From: the human T2T-CHM13v2.0 reference genome, Homo sapiens
Strand: one strand, 5' to 3'
Assembly (NCBI RefSeq): GCF_009914755.1
Contig: NC_060932.1
DNA: 64,000 nucleotides
Position 1 is the stretch's first letter. The number at the start of each line of letters is the position of its first letter. Shown here one piece after another: positions 1-16,195 of this stretch. The position numbers and the translations under genes are program-made. The notes beneath the pieces are model-generated. The model was not told the DNA's origin, ran no database searches, and was given only the letters and a program-made list of their open reading frames with translations.

Positions 1-314
1 GTGTCCTGGAACGCGCATGTGTCACGGGTCTGGGGCTCTGCTTCCCCAGTCTCTTGCTTCTCCCCTCCATCTTCCAATTTACCGGCAAGCTGATTATCCC
101 CACAAGAGCTGAAGTGTCTGCCCCAGCTCCAGGTCTCACCTCTGCATACCACATTGTCTAGAACAGGAGAAATGCCCTGCATCCCCAGCATTCCTGGAAC
201 AAGCCGAACTAGATCACTTTAGCTCTGAAGCCCGTTTCAACTAGTTACCCTGGCCAGGTGTGGAGGCTGTGGATTGGCCTCTGCTTGGTGCTGGGGGTGC
301 CTCCAACTTCCCTA

Positions 315-674
<360 letters not shown>

Positions 675-1079
675 AGAAATAGATGGTGGGGAGGAAGTCA
701 ACATGTGTCTCCAAACCCAGAAGAGAAGCTTGAGGTTGGCAGAGGTTAGATCACGCGAGCCATGCTCAGGGGCTTAGAGCTGAGCCTGAAACCAGAGGAC
801 AACCACGGAATGATTCGAATCAGAGGAGGGACATAATCCATTTCAGCAAGATGGCTCAGGCACAAGTTGGAAGAAGGACTGGGGAGGAGGACTTGGAAGG
901 TTAAGGATAGCGGCAACGCTGAGCGCTCTCCCTGACCCTTGCATCCTGCCCTTTAGAGGCCTGAACCTATCCTGGGCATTCCCCACCCCACACCCTGCTC
1001 TATTTTTTCTTTATTCCCTTTCTTCAGACACTTCACACCTAGCATGCTGCATTCTTCACTTATTATGTTTATTATTTCT

Positions 1080-1560
1080 TATTTGTCTGCTCTGCTAGAA
1101 TATCAGCTCCATGAAGGCAGGAATCTTTGTTTGTTGGATTCAGTGATGTATCCCCAGTACCTTGAACAGTGTCTGGCACATAATAGATGCACAATACAAG
1201 TTTGCTGAATGAATGAATTTCATATGAGAACTCACTATATTTGTCTCTGTGTCTGTCTAAGCTGGTCCTTTTGCCTCAATTCTCTTATTCCATTTCACCT
1301 TCAGACTTTCCAGGTTTAACAAAGGCTTCAGCCTGGGATTCTTCCCTGATTACAAACCTTGAGCTGCCACCACCCATTCCCTGTATTCCCTTGACATTCA
1401 CTTGTCACAGTGCATTGTTCTCTCCTGCCTTTCCCATAAACTGGTGTCTCCAAGAGGGCAGGACAGAATGTTATTGGTCTCTACATTGCAAACATGTAGC
1501 ACAGTGCCTGATGTGTTGGAGCAGCAATAAGTTTGTTGAATTAATGAGCCAATGAACAGT
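1080..1560 (+). mobile_element. Two L2 LINE 3'-end fragments
   Basis: L2-type ends: ctccatgaaggcagg...acagtgtctggcacat...tgaatgaatgaa (about 1080-1217) and a similar copy at about 1440-1560. Confidence 0.65.
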
Positions 1561-3515
1561 TACATAAACAAATAAGTACTGCCCAATTAGTACTTGTTAA
1601 ATGGAAGAACAAGAAACAAAACACAAGTGGCTCTGATAGTTGGTTTTCTATGTAACCATTCTCATCCCTGATATTAACAAATAGAAAAATGATTTTGCTT
1701 GCCTGAGCTCTACTTGCTCTAGTTCTGCTGTGCTCATGATAGCTTGCTCTTTGAATCCATTAATGGCAAAGCCTCCCTTCAGAAACTGTCATTTTAGAGT
1801 CTCTGCCATAAGAACTGAGCTCTTATGTTTAGCAGCAGGGATGGAATTGACTGAAGGATGGAACAAAATCAATTTTCGCTGTGTCTGCAGCACTGCCACT
1901 ACTGCAGAGCCAGCTACCAAACCCAAGTTAGCAAGGACAGCCTCATCAGGGCCACCCATCCTGGAGACACCGACAGCACAGCAAGGACAGAGGGGGCTCA
2001 CGAGGGTCACAGAGCAGCTCAAGTTGTCCTGAAGACAGCCTGGCTGTGTTCTCTTCCACGTAGCTGTCAGGCTTGGTTTCCTTCCTCAGGCAAGGAAGAA
2101 AATACATTGACAGACCTATCTGGCAAGCCAAGATCTCTGGGATCTGTCCCTCTCTCAGGAAATTATCTTTTCTTACATAATTGCAGATTTTTTTAATAGC
2201 TGGAAGGAATTTTCAGCATCATCCCAACCACAATTTGCCACATTTATAGATACAAACATTGGGTTAGGGTCTTAATCGTGGCAGCAAATGAAAGGCTATC
2301 GTTGATGATTCTGACAACAAAGAAGCTCTCTGACTTGTGGCTCAGATTCTACCCAGCATCCTAACAAATGTCTGGAATGGATCACAAAGAAAGGGGTGGT
2401 CCCACACATGGGATGCCGTCCTGACAGTCCTGCCATGCTAAAGTCATTCTTCCTCAATTGTTCTGATCTGCAGGGATCCTCTTGTCCCTTGATTTCTAGA
2501 ACATTCAGTTGGAACCAGTTTATGATGTTGTAATGCCTGGTATCTCAACATTCTTGGCTCATGTATGCCTCTTCTCTGTTGTCCTCTGAATTGAATCCTG
2601 GGCTTTTTGAGACAGAAGCCATATTGATGTTTATTGTGTAATCCTCAAAGTGGACAACACAGCTCTAGACACAGGATAACTGCTCCATAAATACATGTGG
2701 ATTTATTCTTGTCGGGAGAGTAAAACTTCGTGTGACGCCACAACTTACTTATGATGGAGCCGTCCCACCATCTTTGCACAAAAACAACATTTTAATAAGT
2801 GGTGGTACATTCAATACTGAAAATGATCTGCATTCAATACCGAAAATAATCTTTAAAGTAATCTGTGAACAACTTCCTCCACTCTTTCCCCGGTATTTCA
2901 TATATAATTTTATTCTCCAAGAAGTCAGACAATACTATTTGCTTTATTAAAAATAATGACATTTTACTATTTACATTAACAAGCATTTATTGAATGCCTC
3001 CAATGTGCAAAGCATGGTTTCAGGTAACTTGGGGTTACAAAGAGACACACAAAAGAAACTTTTCTCTCAAAAAACTTAATCTACCAGAAGAGACAAATAA
3101 ATATATAAATCTAACACAATGAAAGGCAGAATGAGATAAATTCCATGAAATAAGTTGACCGAAGTACATTGAGAACACAGAAGAATCATAGAAATGTAGA
3201 ATTCAGGGTGGAAAGTCTTTAAAAGTCCTCCAGTCCAAGTCTCCAAAGATTCCTACAATCCCCTCTACCATGACATCAAACGAGCATGTATCATAGCTTA
3301 TGTTTGAACAGCTCCCATGACAGGAACTCATTATCTCCAAGCCTCCTATTTCTAAGCTGTGTATTTTTCTCCTATCAACTGATGCATGTGAGATCCCATG
3401 TCTAATTACTGGGGCAATCCACTGTCCTTTCCTATGTGGCACTGGGCACACCTGTCAGTAATCTATTACATGCTAATATGCAGGAATACTTCTTCTATAT
3501 ATGTCTAGAGTTCTA

Positions 3516-4125
<610 letters not shown>

Positions 4126-4919
4126 CAGAATTGAAATGATGAGATAAAGATGAAATATATAATACTTATGAAATGGTATCAAATTTTATTTTGCTAACAT
4201 TATCCACCCCCTTTGCCCTCAGTATAATTATACTATTATTAATAATGTTCTAAATGCTTAATCATGATGGCCTCATAGTATGATGGGCTAATATCTCAAG
4301 ACATAATATTCCCTTCCAGCTTGATTTATTGCTAATGATAGCAGATGTAAATTCATAGTTCAAATAGTTTCCTGTTCACTTCAACTGTGTTCAGCCAACT
4401 TCTAAGCAGATTTGAATTTATCTCATAATGTGGCTGACAAAGAGCTAATTCTCAGTGCTGGAGACATGCCGGCTCTGCCTTTTCCTTGCTGCTGTCTTGT
4501 GCTTAGATGTTTTGCAGTCATCAGTTTTTAGACGTTTAGCCATTTTGTTGGAACTACTTTAGTTAAATCAAGACAATATCCTCACTGGGTCCACTAAGCC
4601 TGCCACACATCACAATTACTCTGAAAGCCAGCCAAGGAGTGCAGCAGTCTTTGTCAACCCTCCACACTGTGGAACCCCTGCTCTTCCCTTGGGACACCTC
4701 AAGTGTGTAAGGGACAAAAAGACCTATTTGCTTCTCGTGTACCCCAGTGGATCATCGCGTCCTGGCTCCCTTAGGATATCACTTTTTACAGGGATCTACA
4801 TTTGGTTTTCTGCAAGCTCTGAGGGTGAGAGAGCTCTTCCTTTCATTGAGTTAAAACCAAGTTGTATGATAGACAGCCAGTCTGCTCCCTCTCTGATATG
4901 ACCTCCATGGGCCTTGAGT

Positions 4920-5225
4920 CTTTCTTTTTTCTTTCTTTCCTTGAGACAGAGTGTCTCTCTGTTCCCCAGGCTGGAGTGTAGTGGTGCAAACATGGCTCAC
5001 CGCAGCCTCACTTTCCAGCACTCAAGCAATCCTCCCATCTCAGCCTCCCGAGTAGTTGGGACTACAGGTGTGTGCCAACATGCCCGGCTAAATTTTTAAA
5101 AATTTTTTGTAGGGATGGGGTCTTACCATATTGCCCAGGCTAGTCTTGAACTCCTGGGCTCAAGTGATCCTTCAGTCTCAGCCTCCCAAACTGCTGGGAT
5201 TACAGGTATAAGCCACCATGCCTGG
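4920..5225 (-). mobile_element. AluJ
   Basis: Reverse Alu with AluJ-type ctcaagcaatcctcccatctcagcc. Confidence 0.9.
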
Positions 5226-5926
5226 ATTCCCCTTGGGTCTTTCTGCCATACCTGATGTCCCCAGACAACTCCTTGTGGGTCTAGCCCTGGGTGTCAGCAT
5301 AATGTCTGTAGCGCTCTGTGTTCCTTAGCATCTTTTTCTGCCAGTTATACGCTGCTTACAGGATCTCTGACTTGCCCTCCACCAGTCAGTCCTGATGCCA
5401 CTGGTATTCCAGCCTGTCAAAAGAGAAAAAAAAGATAGAGATAGAGATGGGGTGGGTGGGTACTAGTTAGTTTGTAAACATAATTCTTGTTTTCAAGCAG
5501 AAAATCTGAAACATAGTGAATAACAAAAATTAAACATTGAAATCATCCATCTGGATCTGACATCCCAGATCACAGTCATAGCAGCCAATCTCAGAGATGA
5601 AACATTGAAACATTTTGATGTATGCCCTTCCAGATTTCTTCTATGCATATAAAGTCAGATATTTCCTTCCAGCCTCTTTTTTTTTTAATCATTAGGCTTT
5701 TCAAATGTAGCAAGCACATCTATCTGATGCTGAATTAAACTAGAGACTGAAGGTGGCCTGGTCCATATCATTAAGCTGAAATGTCTCTAACCTAGACATT
5801 CCTCTCCTCTACAGAGTAGGTTTTGAGTCTTTGAGTCTGTGTGTGCCTGCACTAAGGCATACTGGAGACAATGTCTTCGTTTCGAAAAGAATAGTCCAGA
5901 TCATATAATCCAAACTCCAGTAATAA

Positions 5927-6278
<352 letters not shown>

Positions 6279-7020
6279 CGATCCAGCCTCTATTTTACAC
6301 TTTCAATCTGGGAGGAGGCTCAATGCTTCCCAAGGTAACCTGTTCCAGTCTCCCCGACCTCCACATCCTAATTGTTAGGAAGTCCATACTGAAAACAAAA
6401 GGCATTGGTATACCTGAGGCCTAGAGAAGACAGTGAGGATGCAGGAAAGCTAAGAAGAGAAAGTAGAATTATAAATGGGCAGTGAAGATGAATAAAAGAT
6501 GAATTTTTACAAGCAAGGTTGGAAAACCTTGAGGATCTACTGTGGGAAGCGGAGGAATGAAGTATTAGGAAGGGCCCGTGCCATTGGGTTTCAGGTAAAT
6601 TGCAAGATAATAAATGACATTTCATTGAGTGGTCTGCCAAGCTTTATTATTGTTCATTCCTTTGTATTTTTGGATATTGCCTGAATTTTTTCTGAATTAC
6701 ATCAGGTATGGTCCAGAAACTTTCTTTAAATGTTATTGGGCTTCAGTAACCTGACAGTGAGTTTCTTTGAAATGCAGATAGTTCAAGGTGGAAAAAAGCA
6801 TAACTTAATTGATTCAAAGAAGCAGAGGCTTGGATAATGATATCATTTATTTAGTGTAAACCCAGACTAATATTCCTGTCTAGGCTGGGGCTTAGCTAGG
6901 AGAAAGGACTTTAAATCTGAGAACCTCAAAGGAACTTGGAGGCCATTTTATTCAATCTCTGAATTTACTTCTGTGACTCACAGGGACTCAGCATGTTTCC
7001 TACAAGAATACTGGCCAGTC

Positions 7021-7330
7021 AGGTGGGCACGGTGGCTTATGCCTGTAATACCAGCACTTTGGGAGGCCAAGGCAGGTGGATCAATTGAGATCGGAGTTTG
7101 AGACCAGCCTGGCCAACATGGCAAAACCCCGTCTCTACTAAAAGTGCAAAAATTAGCTGGGCATCATGGTGCATGCCTGTAGTCCCAGCTACTTGGGAGG
7201 CTGAAGCGGGAGAATCCTTTGAACCTGGGAGGCAGAGGTTGCAGGTTGCAATGAGCTGAGATTGCTCCACTGCACTCCAGCCTGAGCAACAGAGCAAGAT
7301 TTAGTATCAAAAAAAAAAAAAAAAAAGAAA
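7021..7330 (+). mobile_element. AluS
   Basis: Alu consensus with poly-A tail. Confidence 0.9.
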
Positions 7331-7662
7331 GGATACCAAACAGTCACAGGCCATGGCAGTGAACGTCCCAGGTCACAGTTGTTGGAGCCAATGCTTTGGG
7401 CATTCCTGCTGTCTGTGGCCGTACAGTACAAAATCCCAACCCAGAGACTGACTTGTCTCAGCAAAGGGAAACAAACAAACAAAAAATACAAAAACCAGTA
7501 AAGATTAACAAGCTTGTTAAAAACAAAAAGGTTTGTATAGGAAAAAAACACAATATAAATAGAAGTAGAAAAGACAAAGAAAATAATGTTTGTAAAATAT
7601 AAAGGAATAGTGTTCATAATATGTTTTAAAACTTCTAAAAATCGATTTAAAGTGAATAAGCC

Positions 7663-7977
7663 AGCAGGGCGTGGTGGTTCACGCCTGAAATGCCAGTGCT
7701 TTGGGAGGCTAAGGCAGGAGGATTGCTTGAGGCCAGGAGTTTGAGATCTACCTGTGCAACATCGTGAGACTCCATCTTTATCAAAAACGAAAGAAAAAAC
7801 TAGCTGGGCATGATGACACACACTTGTAGCCCCAGCTGCTGGGGAGACTGAGGTAGGATGATCGCTTGAGCCTAGCAGTTCAAGGCTGCAGTGAGCTATG
7901 ATCATGCCACTGCACTCCAGCCTGGGTGTCAGAGCAAGATCCTGTCTCTATTATTAGAGAGAGAGAAAAAAAAAAAA
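7663..7977 (+). mobile_element. AluJ
   Basis: Diverged Alu with ggattgcttgaggccaggagt and gttcaaggctgcagtgagct. Confidence 0.88.
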
Positions 7978-7984
7978 CCAATAG

Positions 7985-8359
<375 letters not shown>

Positions 8360-8797
8360 TGATTACATTTTAAAATGATGGCTCCCAGTTCCTTGGGAAA
8401 GTCATTCCAAGGCCAAAAGCTGACAACAGGCTTCTTTAGCTTTTAAAGCAGTTTACATACATCTCAGAGTGGGAAAGAAAGAAAGTGGTCACCCTAATTC
8501 CCAGGTGAGTTTACAATGAACTCTGTGTGGCAAATGGTGCTGTCAAGCCCTCTTACTTGAGGACTAGTTGCTGTTCGTCTTGAGAACATGCATGGACCGG
8601 GTTGTATCTTCTCATCTGTATAAAGGTTAAGGCTTCTGTCTGTCTCTGCTGTCTTTTTAGCAGTTTGCCTGTGATGTGTATTACATTCTGGTTTAATGTT
8701 TGCTGAATAATAAGACAGTTTCCTTTCTTCTCTACTTTTGTGGAAAGGTTTTCTAGGTTGGCAGGAAGTTTTGTTTTTAGTAATATTTCACTAACAC
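8360..8797 (+). mobile_element. Old ERV1-type LTR 3' portion (MER34/MER67-like; family uncertain)
   Basis: LTR-like R/U5 tail ending atatttcactaaCA; upstream part interrupted by Alus. Confidence 0.4.
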
Positions 8798-8901
8798 AAA
8801 TCATTCATTGACAATGAGAAGTGCTCGTTGCTTGGTCCCTGGATTCTCTCCATGTAGGAGAATCTTCAGGGAAGCCAAATTGTCTCTAGAAGATTCCTTG
8901 G

Positions 8902-9320
8902 TGTTGTGGGATGAATTGTGTTCCTCTAAAAGTATGTTAGAGTGCTAACCCCCCCAGTACCTCAGAATATGAACTTACATGGAGATAGGTTCTTTACAGA
9001 GGTAATCAAGTTAAGTGAGGTCATTAGTGTGGGCCTTAACTGATGTCTCTATTTGGATTTTGGTTGCAGGGTCAGGCATGCATAGAGGGAAGATGATATT
9101 AAGAGACCCGGAGAGAAGGCAGCTATCCACAGCTATCTAGAGAGTCCTGGAACAGGTCCTTCCTTCACCGCCCTCAGAAGGAACCAAACCTATTGACACC
9201 TTGGTTTTGGACTTCTGGCCTCCAGAACTGCCAGAGAAAAAATTTCTGTTATTTAAGCCACTCAGTAGACTTTTCACGTGTGGGTGGTATTTTGTTATGG
9301 CAATCCTAGCAAGCCCATAC
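8902..9320 (+). mobile_element. MaLR solo LTR (MLT1B/C-like)
   Basis: tgaattgtgttcc...gaggtaatcaagttaag...ggacttctggcctccagaactg...gttatggcaatcctagcaa. Confidence 0.85.
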
Positions 9321-9519
9321 AGTGAGCGTGGAATCAGAGCAAGGAGATACGACTGTATGAGTTAAATCCAAAATGGTGTTGGCTGTCCAAGGCCCTCCCC
9401 TCCATAAGAGAAATGCCCTTCTCCTGAGAACAAGACAGTTGTGCATCAGCAACCACCCCATCCCCTCCATTCCCATCTCCACAGGGCCGGAGACATAGTG
9501 TCCCATCTTGGCCTATGAG

Positions 9520-9810
9520 TTTCTTTCTCTTTTCTTTTTTTTTTCTTTTTTGGATAGGTCTTTCTCTGTTGCCCGGGCTGGAGTGCAGTGGCGTGAACGT
9601 GACTCACTGAGTCTTACCTCCTGCCTCAGCCTCCAGAGTGGCTGGGACCATAGGCATGTGTTACCACGCCCTGCTAATTTTTTGTATTTTTTTGTAGAGA
9701 CAGGGTTTCGCCATTTGCTCAGGCTGGTCTTGAGCTCCTGGGCTCGAGCAATTGTCCTGCCTTGGCCTCCCAAAGTGCTGGGATTACAGGCGTGAGCCAC
9801 CGCTTGGGGC
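9520..9810 (-). mobile_element. AluJ with internal deletion
   Basis: Reverse Alu missing part of the right arm. Confidence 0.85.
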
Positions 9811-11167
9811 ATAGGTTCCTTTTTCTAGCTTTGTGCAGACCACTCCCAGGTCACTACTCAATTACATGAAGGCCTGAATGTTATTAAGTTCAGTGCAGAG
9901 CGATGATGATCAAAGTAAATAACACATTGACAGTGAGTTCAGATATATGCTTAGAGATTGCAAGAAGCTTTATTCTAAGATGTCTCTGTCCCCAAACAAG
10001 ATAATTCGGTCTGATGGTCTTCCCTTAAGTGCATTTTGGGGAGTATACTTTTAAATTTAGTTTAAAATATTTTAGAAATGAAATTAAATTGCAGTTCTTG
10101 GGGATTTGCAGCATGCAAGGGCAGGCCAGGACTCCCACAGTTCCATGTTGGGACTTTGTGAGGGGAGCAGCCCTGCAGGTGCCTTTGAGCAAAGAGTGAA
10201 CCTCCTCTTCCCTCTGGGCAGGTGAAGCCCCACACCTGGGCATGGTGACCGAGATATGGACTGGGTTTCCCCTCCCCTGTGTGCTCCCACCTCTGGGATA
10301 CCTTTGTGCAGCACATAAACTATACCGCCGGTCCAGGGAACGCAGATTGGAAACCAGTGGTATCTGTAATCAAACTCCATGTTGTTCCACTGTAGCAGCA
10401 AATCCTGCTGACAGTAATAGAATTGTGGGAAGGGGAGGGTCTCAAGGCAGGTCAGCTTTGATGTGTTCTACGCCGGCCACGTGGCTTTTGAAGTTAGGTC
10501 ATTCCTTTGTACTCTGTAGGCCCTATAGGTATTTGAGGAGATTCCCAGGCCTGTCCCCCCACCCCCTACTTCTCTTTCCTGGTCCTGTTCTCCCTCTCCT
10601 TTTGCTTTGATCTCATTCCTCTTCAACTCCCAGCTCTTCTGTGCGACCCCTTCACTTGCCTCCATTGCTGGCCCCTCTCCACTTACTGTAGGCTCACACA
10701 CTTCCTGATTTGGGGCTTGAGGCTTTCTCCTGGGTACTGTGGCTTGACACCTTGGCTGGGGTGGGAATGTTCTCAGCCTCAACTTCCACAATCCAAGACC
10801 AGCTCTGGGACGCTCAGCCGGCGTCTGGCCAGCCCAGCCCTGCCGGCCTCCCCTTCTCCCTTCTTCCCTTCAGGGTGAGAAACAGATGCAGCTCATCTCT
10901 GAGAGGACTTGCAGCGGTGTGGAACTCCCAGGAGTTCTGCCCAGTGGCCAGGCATGCTGGAAATGTGCCTGCTCTGTGAAGCTTGTCCAGCCCTGAGATT
11001 CAAACAGTATGCAACAGGACCTTCTATTTTTGAAGCTCCCCCACTCTGTTAGTTCCAGCATGGTTGCTATTGTATTCTATTTTATCTTTTACATCAAATA
11101 GGTTGATATTTGCTTACTGCCCCCAAAGCCCTGTAATAGTAATATACTTCGAGAATTGAAAGGTTTT

Positions 11168-11168
<1 letters not shown>

Positions 11169-11210
<42 letters not shown>
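11169..11210. repeat. (CA)21 microsatellite
   Basis: Read directly; uninterrupted. Confidence 0.97.
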
Positions 11211-11213
<3 letters not shown>

Positions 11214-11807
11214 AATTCTCATAAAATCTCTGGGAGGAAGGTATCGTTCTTCCATTACAAATAAGAAACCAATGCTGGGGCAGGGAATTTATACTCCTAC
11301 CTAATCTGAGTTTGCTGGTTTATTCAGTCATTGTTTTGAACTAAAATATGGGTCTAATACCCGCGAAAAAAACAAAAACCCCACAAGTCACTGGCAACGT
11401 GGCACCAGGCATTTCATTTAGTGGAAAATATGTATCAAGTTGTACTTTCTGAATAACAAAGCTGACTTTTATGGAGGAGATATTTCAGATGAATGAGGAA
11501 AATGCAGTGTCCAAAGTCAATTTCAAAGGTTTCTTCTTAATTATTATTATTTAGTAAATGTCAAGTTCATTCCAGAGGACGAAACACAGAGCACATGTTC
11601 TCATATGAAATCTACCGCTTTGGTGAACTAGCTAAACACAGGGCTCTGGGTACCCTACATTGTACAGGTACAGTAGCTTCTATCTGCCTAAGGAAACAAG
11701 GTCCAGGAAATATGTAAGTTGAGAAGAGCGGAAACTTAATTGTCTATCTCAAATTCATTTCCTGCCTTCTTCCTTAGAAATGGAACTTTCACTATTCTGG
11801 TACTTGA

Positions 11808-12500
<693 letters not shown>

Positions 12501-12782
12501 CGTTTTCTTAGGTATCCAAGACTATTCCTGATATGTCTTAGAAATCTATATAAATTGTGCTCCTGCCAAGGAACGAAATTCTTTGTGCACTATTTCCCCT
12601 TAAAATATTTATTTAAAAAATGAGTGACGGTTGATTGACTTATGAACTAATTTTGTGAGTGGCTCATTCTAGTAGGCCTGAAGTTCCCAAAGGCATCATA
12701 TTCATTTCTTCATACTTATTAAGTTCCTGCTCTGAGAGGGCCTCTGTACTAGATGTAAGGAAGAAATTAAAGAAGAGAAAGC

Positions 12783-13085
12783 AGCCAGGTGCGATGGCTC
12801 ATGCCTGTAGTCTCAGCACTTTGGGAGACCGAAGCGGGCAGATCAGCTGAGGTCAGGAGTTCAAGACCACCTTGGCCAACAATGTGAAACCCCGTCTCTA
12901 CAAAAATACAAAAATTAGCCAGGCATGATGGTGGGTACCTGTAATCCCAGCTACTCAGGAGTCTGTGGTGGGAGAATCACTTGAACCCGGGAGGTGGAGG
13001 TTGTTGCAGTGTGCCGAGATCGAGCCATTGCACTCCAGCCTGGGCAACAGAGGGAGACTCCATCTCAAAAGAAAAAAAAAGAAAG
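12783..13085 (+). mobile_element. AluS
   Basis: Alu consensus with A tail. Confidence 0.92.
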
Positions 13086-13138
13086 AATGCCCCTGCTTTA
13101 GAGGCACCTGCACTCTAGTTTTAGAAAGAGATGTGTTA

Positions 13139-13440
13139 GGCCGGGCACAGTGGCTCACACTTGTAATCCCAGCACTTTGGGAGGCCGAGGCGGGTGGATC
13201 ACGAGGTCAGGAGATTGAGACCACCCTGGCTAACATGGTGAAACCCCGTCTCTACTAAAAATACAAAAAATTAGCCGGGCGCAGTGGCAGGCGCCTATAG
13301 TCCCAGCTACTGGGGAGGCTGAGGCAGGAGAATGGCGGAACCCAGGAGGCGGAGCTTGCAGTGACTGGAGATCGCACCACTGCACTCCAGCCTGGGCGAC
13401 AGAGTGAGACTCTGTCTTGGGAAAAAAAAAAAAAAAAAGG
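13139..13440 (+). mobile_element. AluY
   Basis: AluY-type gatcacgaggtcaggaga, ctggctaac, gaatggcg, gagcttgcag; TSD AGAAAGAGATGTGTTA. Confidence 0.92.
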
Positions 13441-13942
13441 AAGAAAGAGATGTGTTAAAAATTAAACTGTGAACTATAGTAAATAGTAATACAATAGAGG
13501 TATATAAGTGCTATCAGGACCAGTAAGAGAGTAATTAATTTTGCATGGGAGAATCCAGAAGGTTTCATGGAAGTCACACTACTTCTCTGAAATCTGGAAG
13601 GATAAGTAGGATTTCCACAGGGGACTAAGCAAAGTCCCAAAATAAAGAAAGAGTTCAACAAATAATCCTGTGTGGTTAGAATACAAGGTACTTGAAGAGG
13701 AATGACAGGAGATAAATCTGGAAAGGGTCCAGGAGCCAGGTCCTATCATCTTTCCTACATCAGTGGAGTAGCATGTGCAAATGTGCATTTTAAAATAACG
13801 ATGCTGACCATGATATGGCCCTTGAGTCAGGGTTGTGAAAGTATCTTATTCATTTATGTGCTCCTCAGAGAGCATCTTTAGCATCATTAGACCTTTACTC
13901 ATACGGAGTAGAAGTTTCTTAAACATTTATGAAAATGAATGA

Positions 13943-14295
<353 letters not shown>

Positions 14296-14333
14296 AATGA
14301 ATGGATGAATGAATATGTGAATGAAGATAATAG

Positions 14334-14626
<293 letters not shown>

Positions 14627-14660
14627 TTGTATTGGATTTTTAAACATAGGATATTGTAAC

Positions 14661-15290
14661 TGTTACCAGAAAGAGGTCCTGATCCAGATCCCAAGAAAGC
14701 GTTCTTGGAATTTGTACAAGAAAAAATGCAGAGTGAGTCCACAGAATAAAGTGAAAACAAGTTTATTAGAGAAGGGAAGAAACAAAAGAATGGCTACTCC
14801 ATAGACAGAGCAGCCCTGAGGGCTGCTAGCTGTATATTTTTTATGGTTATTTCTTGATCATATGCTAAACAAGGGGTGGATTATTCATGGGTTTTCTGGG
14901 AAAGGAGCAGGGATTTCCCAGAACTGAGGGTTCCTCCCCCTTTTAGATCATATAGGGTAATTTCTGGACATTGCCATGGCATTTGTAAACCATCATGGCA
15001 CTGGTGAGAGTGTCTTTTAGCATGTTAATACATTACAATTAGCGTATATGAGCAGTGAGGACAGCCAGAGGTCACTTTCGTCATCATCTTGGTTTTGGCG
15101 GTTTCAGCTGGCCTCTTTATTGCATTCTGTTTTATCAGCAAGGTCTTTGTGAGGTGTATCTTGTGACCTCCTATCTCATCCTGTGACTAAGAATGCCTAA
15201 CCTCTTAGGAATGCAGCCCAGCAGGTCTCAGCCTCATTTTATCCACCCCCTATTCAAGATGGAGTCACTCTAGTTCAGATGCCTCTGGCA
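14661..15290 (-). mobile_element. MER41 (probably MER41B) solo LTR
   Basis: The minus strand starts TGCCAGAGGCATCTGAACTAGAGTGACTCCATCTTGAATAGG, matching MER41; 630 bp; TSD TAAC at 14657-14660 / 15291-15294. Confidence 0.9.
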
Positions 15291-15718
15291 TAACTACCCA
15301 GTGGGTTTTTCTTGCCCACTGCCCAGATAGAGCTGATTTATCAAGGCAGGGGAACTGCAACAGAGAACGAGTTTTACACATGTAGAGCATCTAAACGGCA
15401 AGCTAGAGTTTTATTACTACTCAAATCAGTCTCTCCAAGAATTTGGGGGCTAGAGGTTTTTGAAGGTAGTTTAGGAGAAGGGGTCGAGGTAGCTAGGCAA
15501 TGGGTGCTTGCTGCTGATTGGTTGGGGGGTGCAATTATACAGGTGTGGGAAATGGTCCTCCTGCTCATTGAGCCACTTCAGGGTGGGGCCACAGGAGCAG
15601 GTGGCAGGTCCAAGTGGAGCCATCAGTCATCAGATATACAAAAAGCCTGAAAAGATAGCTCAAAAAACCAATCTTAGGATTTACAAGAGTGATGTCATCT
15701 GCAGGAGTAATTGAGGAA

Positions 15719-16195
15719 TGCCGAGACCAGCTCTGTCAGGGAGATCCTAACCCAGTGGTGCTAGAGGAATTAAAGACACACACACAGAAATACAGAGGTG
15801 TGAAGTGGGAAATCAGGGGTCTCACAGCCTTCAGAGCTGAAAGCCCCAAACAGAGATTTACCCACATATTTATTAACAGCAAACCAGTCATTAGCATTGT
15901 TTCTATAGCTATTAAATTAACTAAAAGTATCCCTTATGGGAAACGAAGGGATGGGCTGAATTAAAGGAATAGGTTGGGCTAGTTAACTGCAGCAGAAGCA
16001 TGTCCTTAAGGCACAGATTTCTCATGCTATTGTTTGTGGCTTAAGTGGTTTTCTGCCCTGGGCGGGCAGGTGTTCCTTGCCCTCATTCCGGTAAACCCAC
16101 AGCCTTCCAGCATGGGCGTTAGGGCCATTATGAACATGTTACAGTGCTGCAGAGATTTTGTTTATGGCCAGATTTTGGGGAGCCTGTTCCCAACA
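15719..16195 (-). mobile_element. MER9 (HERVK9/HML-3) solo LTR
   Basis: The minus strand starts TGTTGGGAACAGGCTCCCCAAAATCTGGCCATAAACAAAATCTCTGCAGCACTG; 6-bp TSD GAGGAA at 15713-15718 / 16196-16201. Confidence 0.9.
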
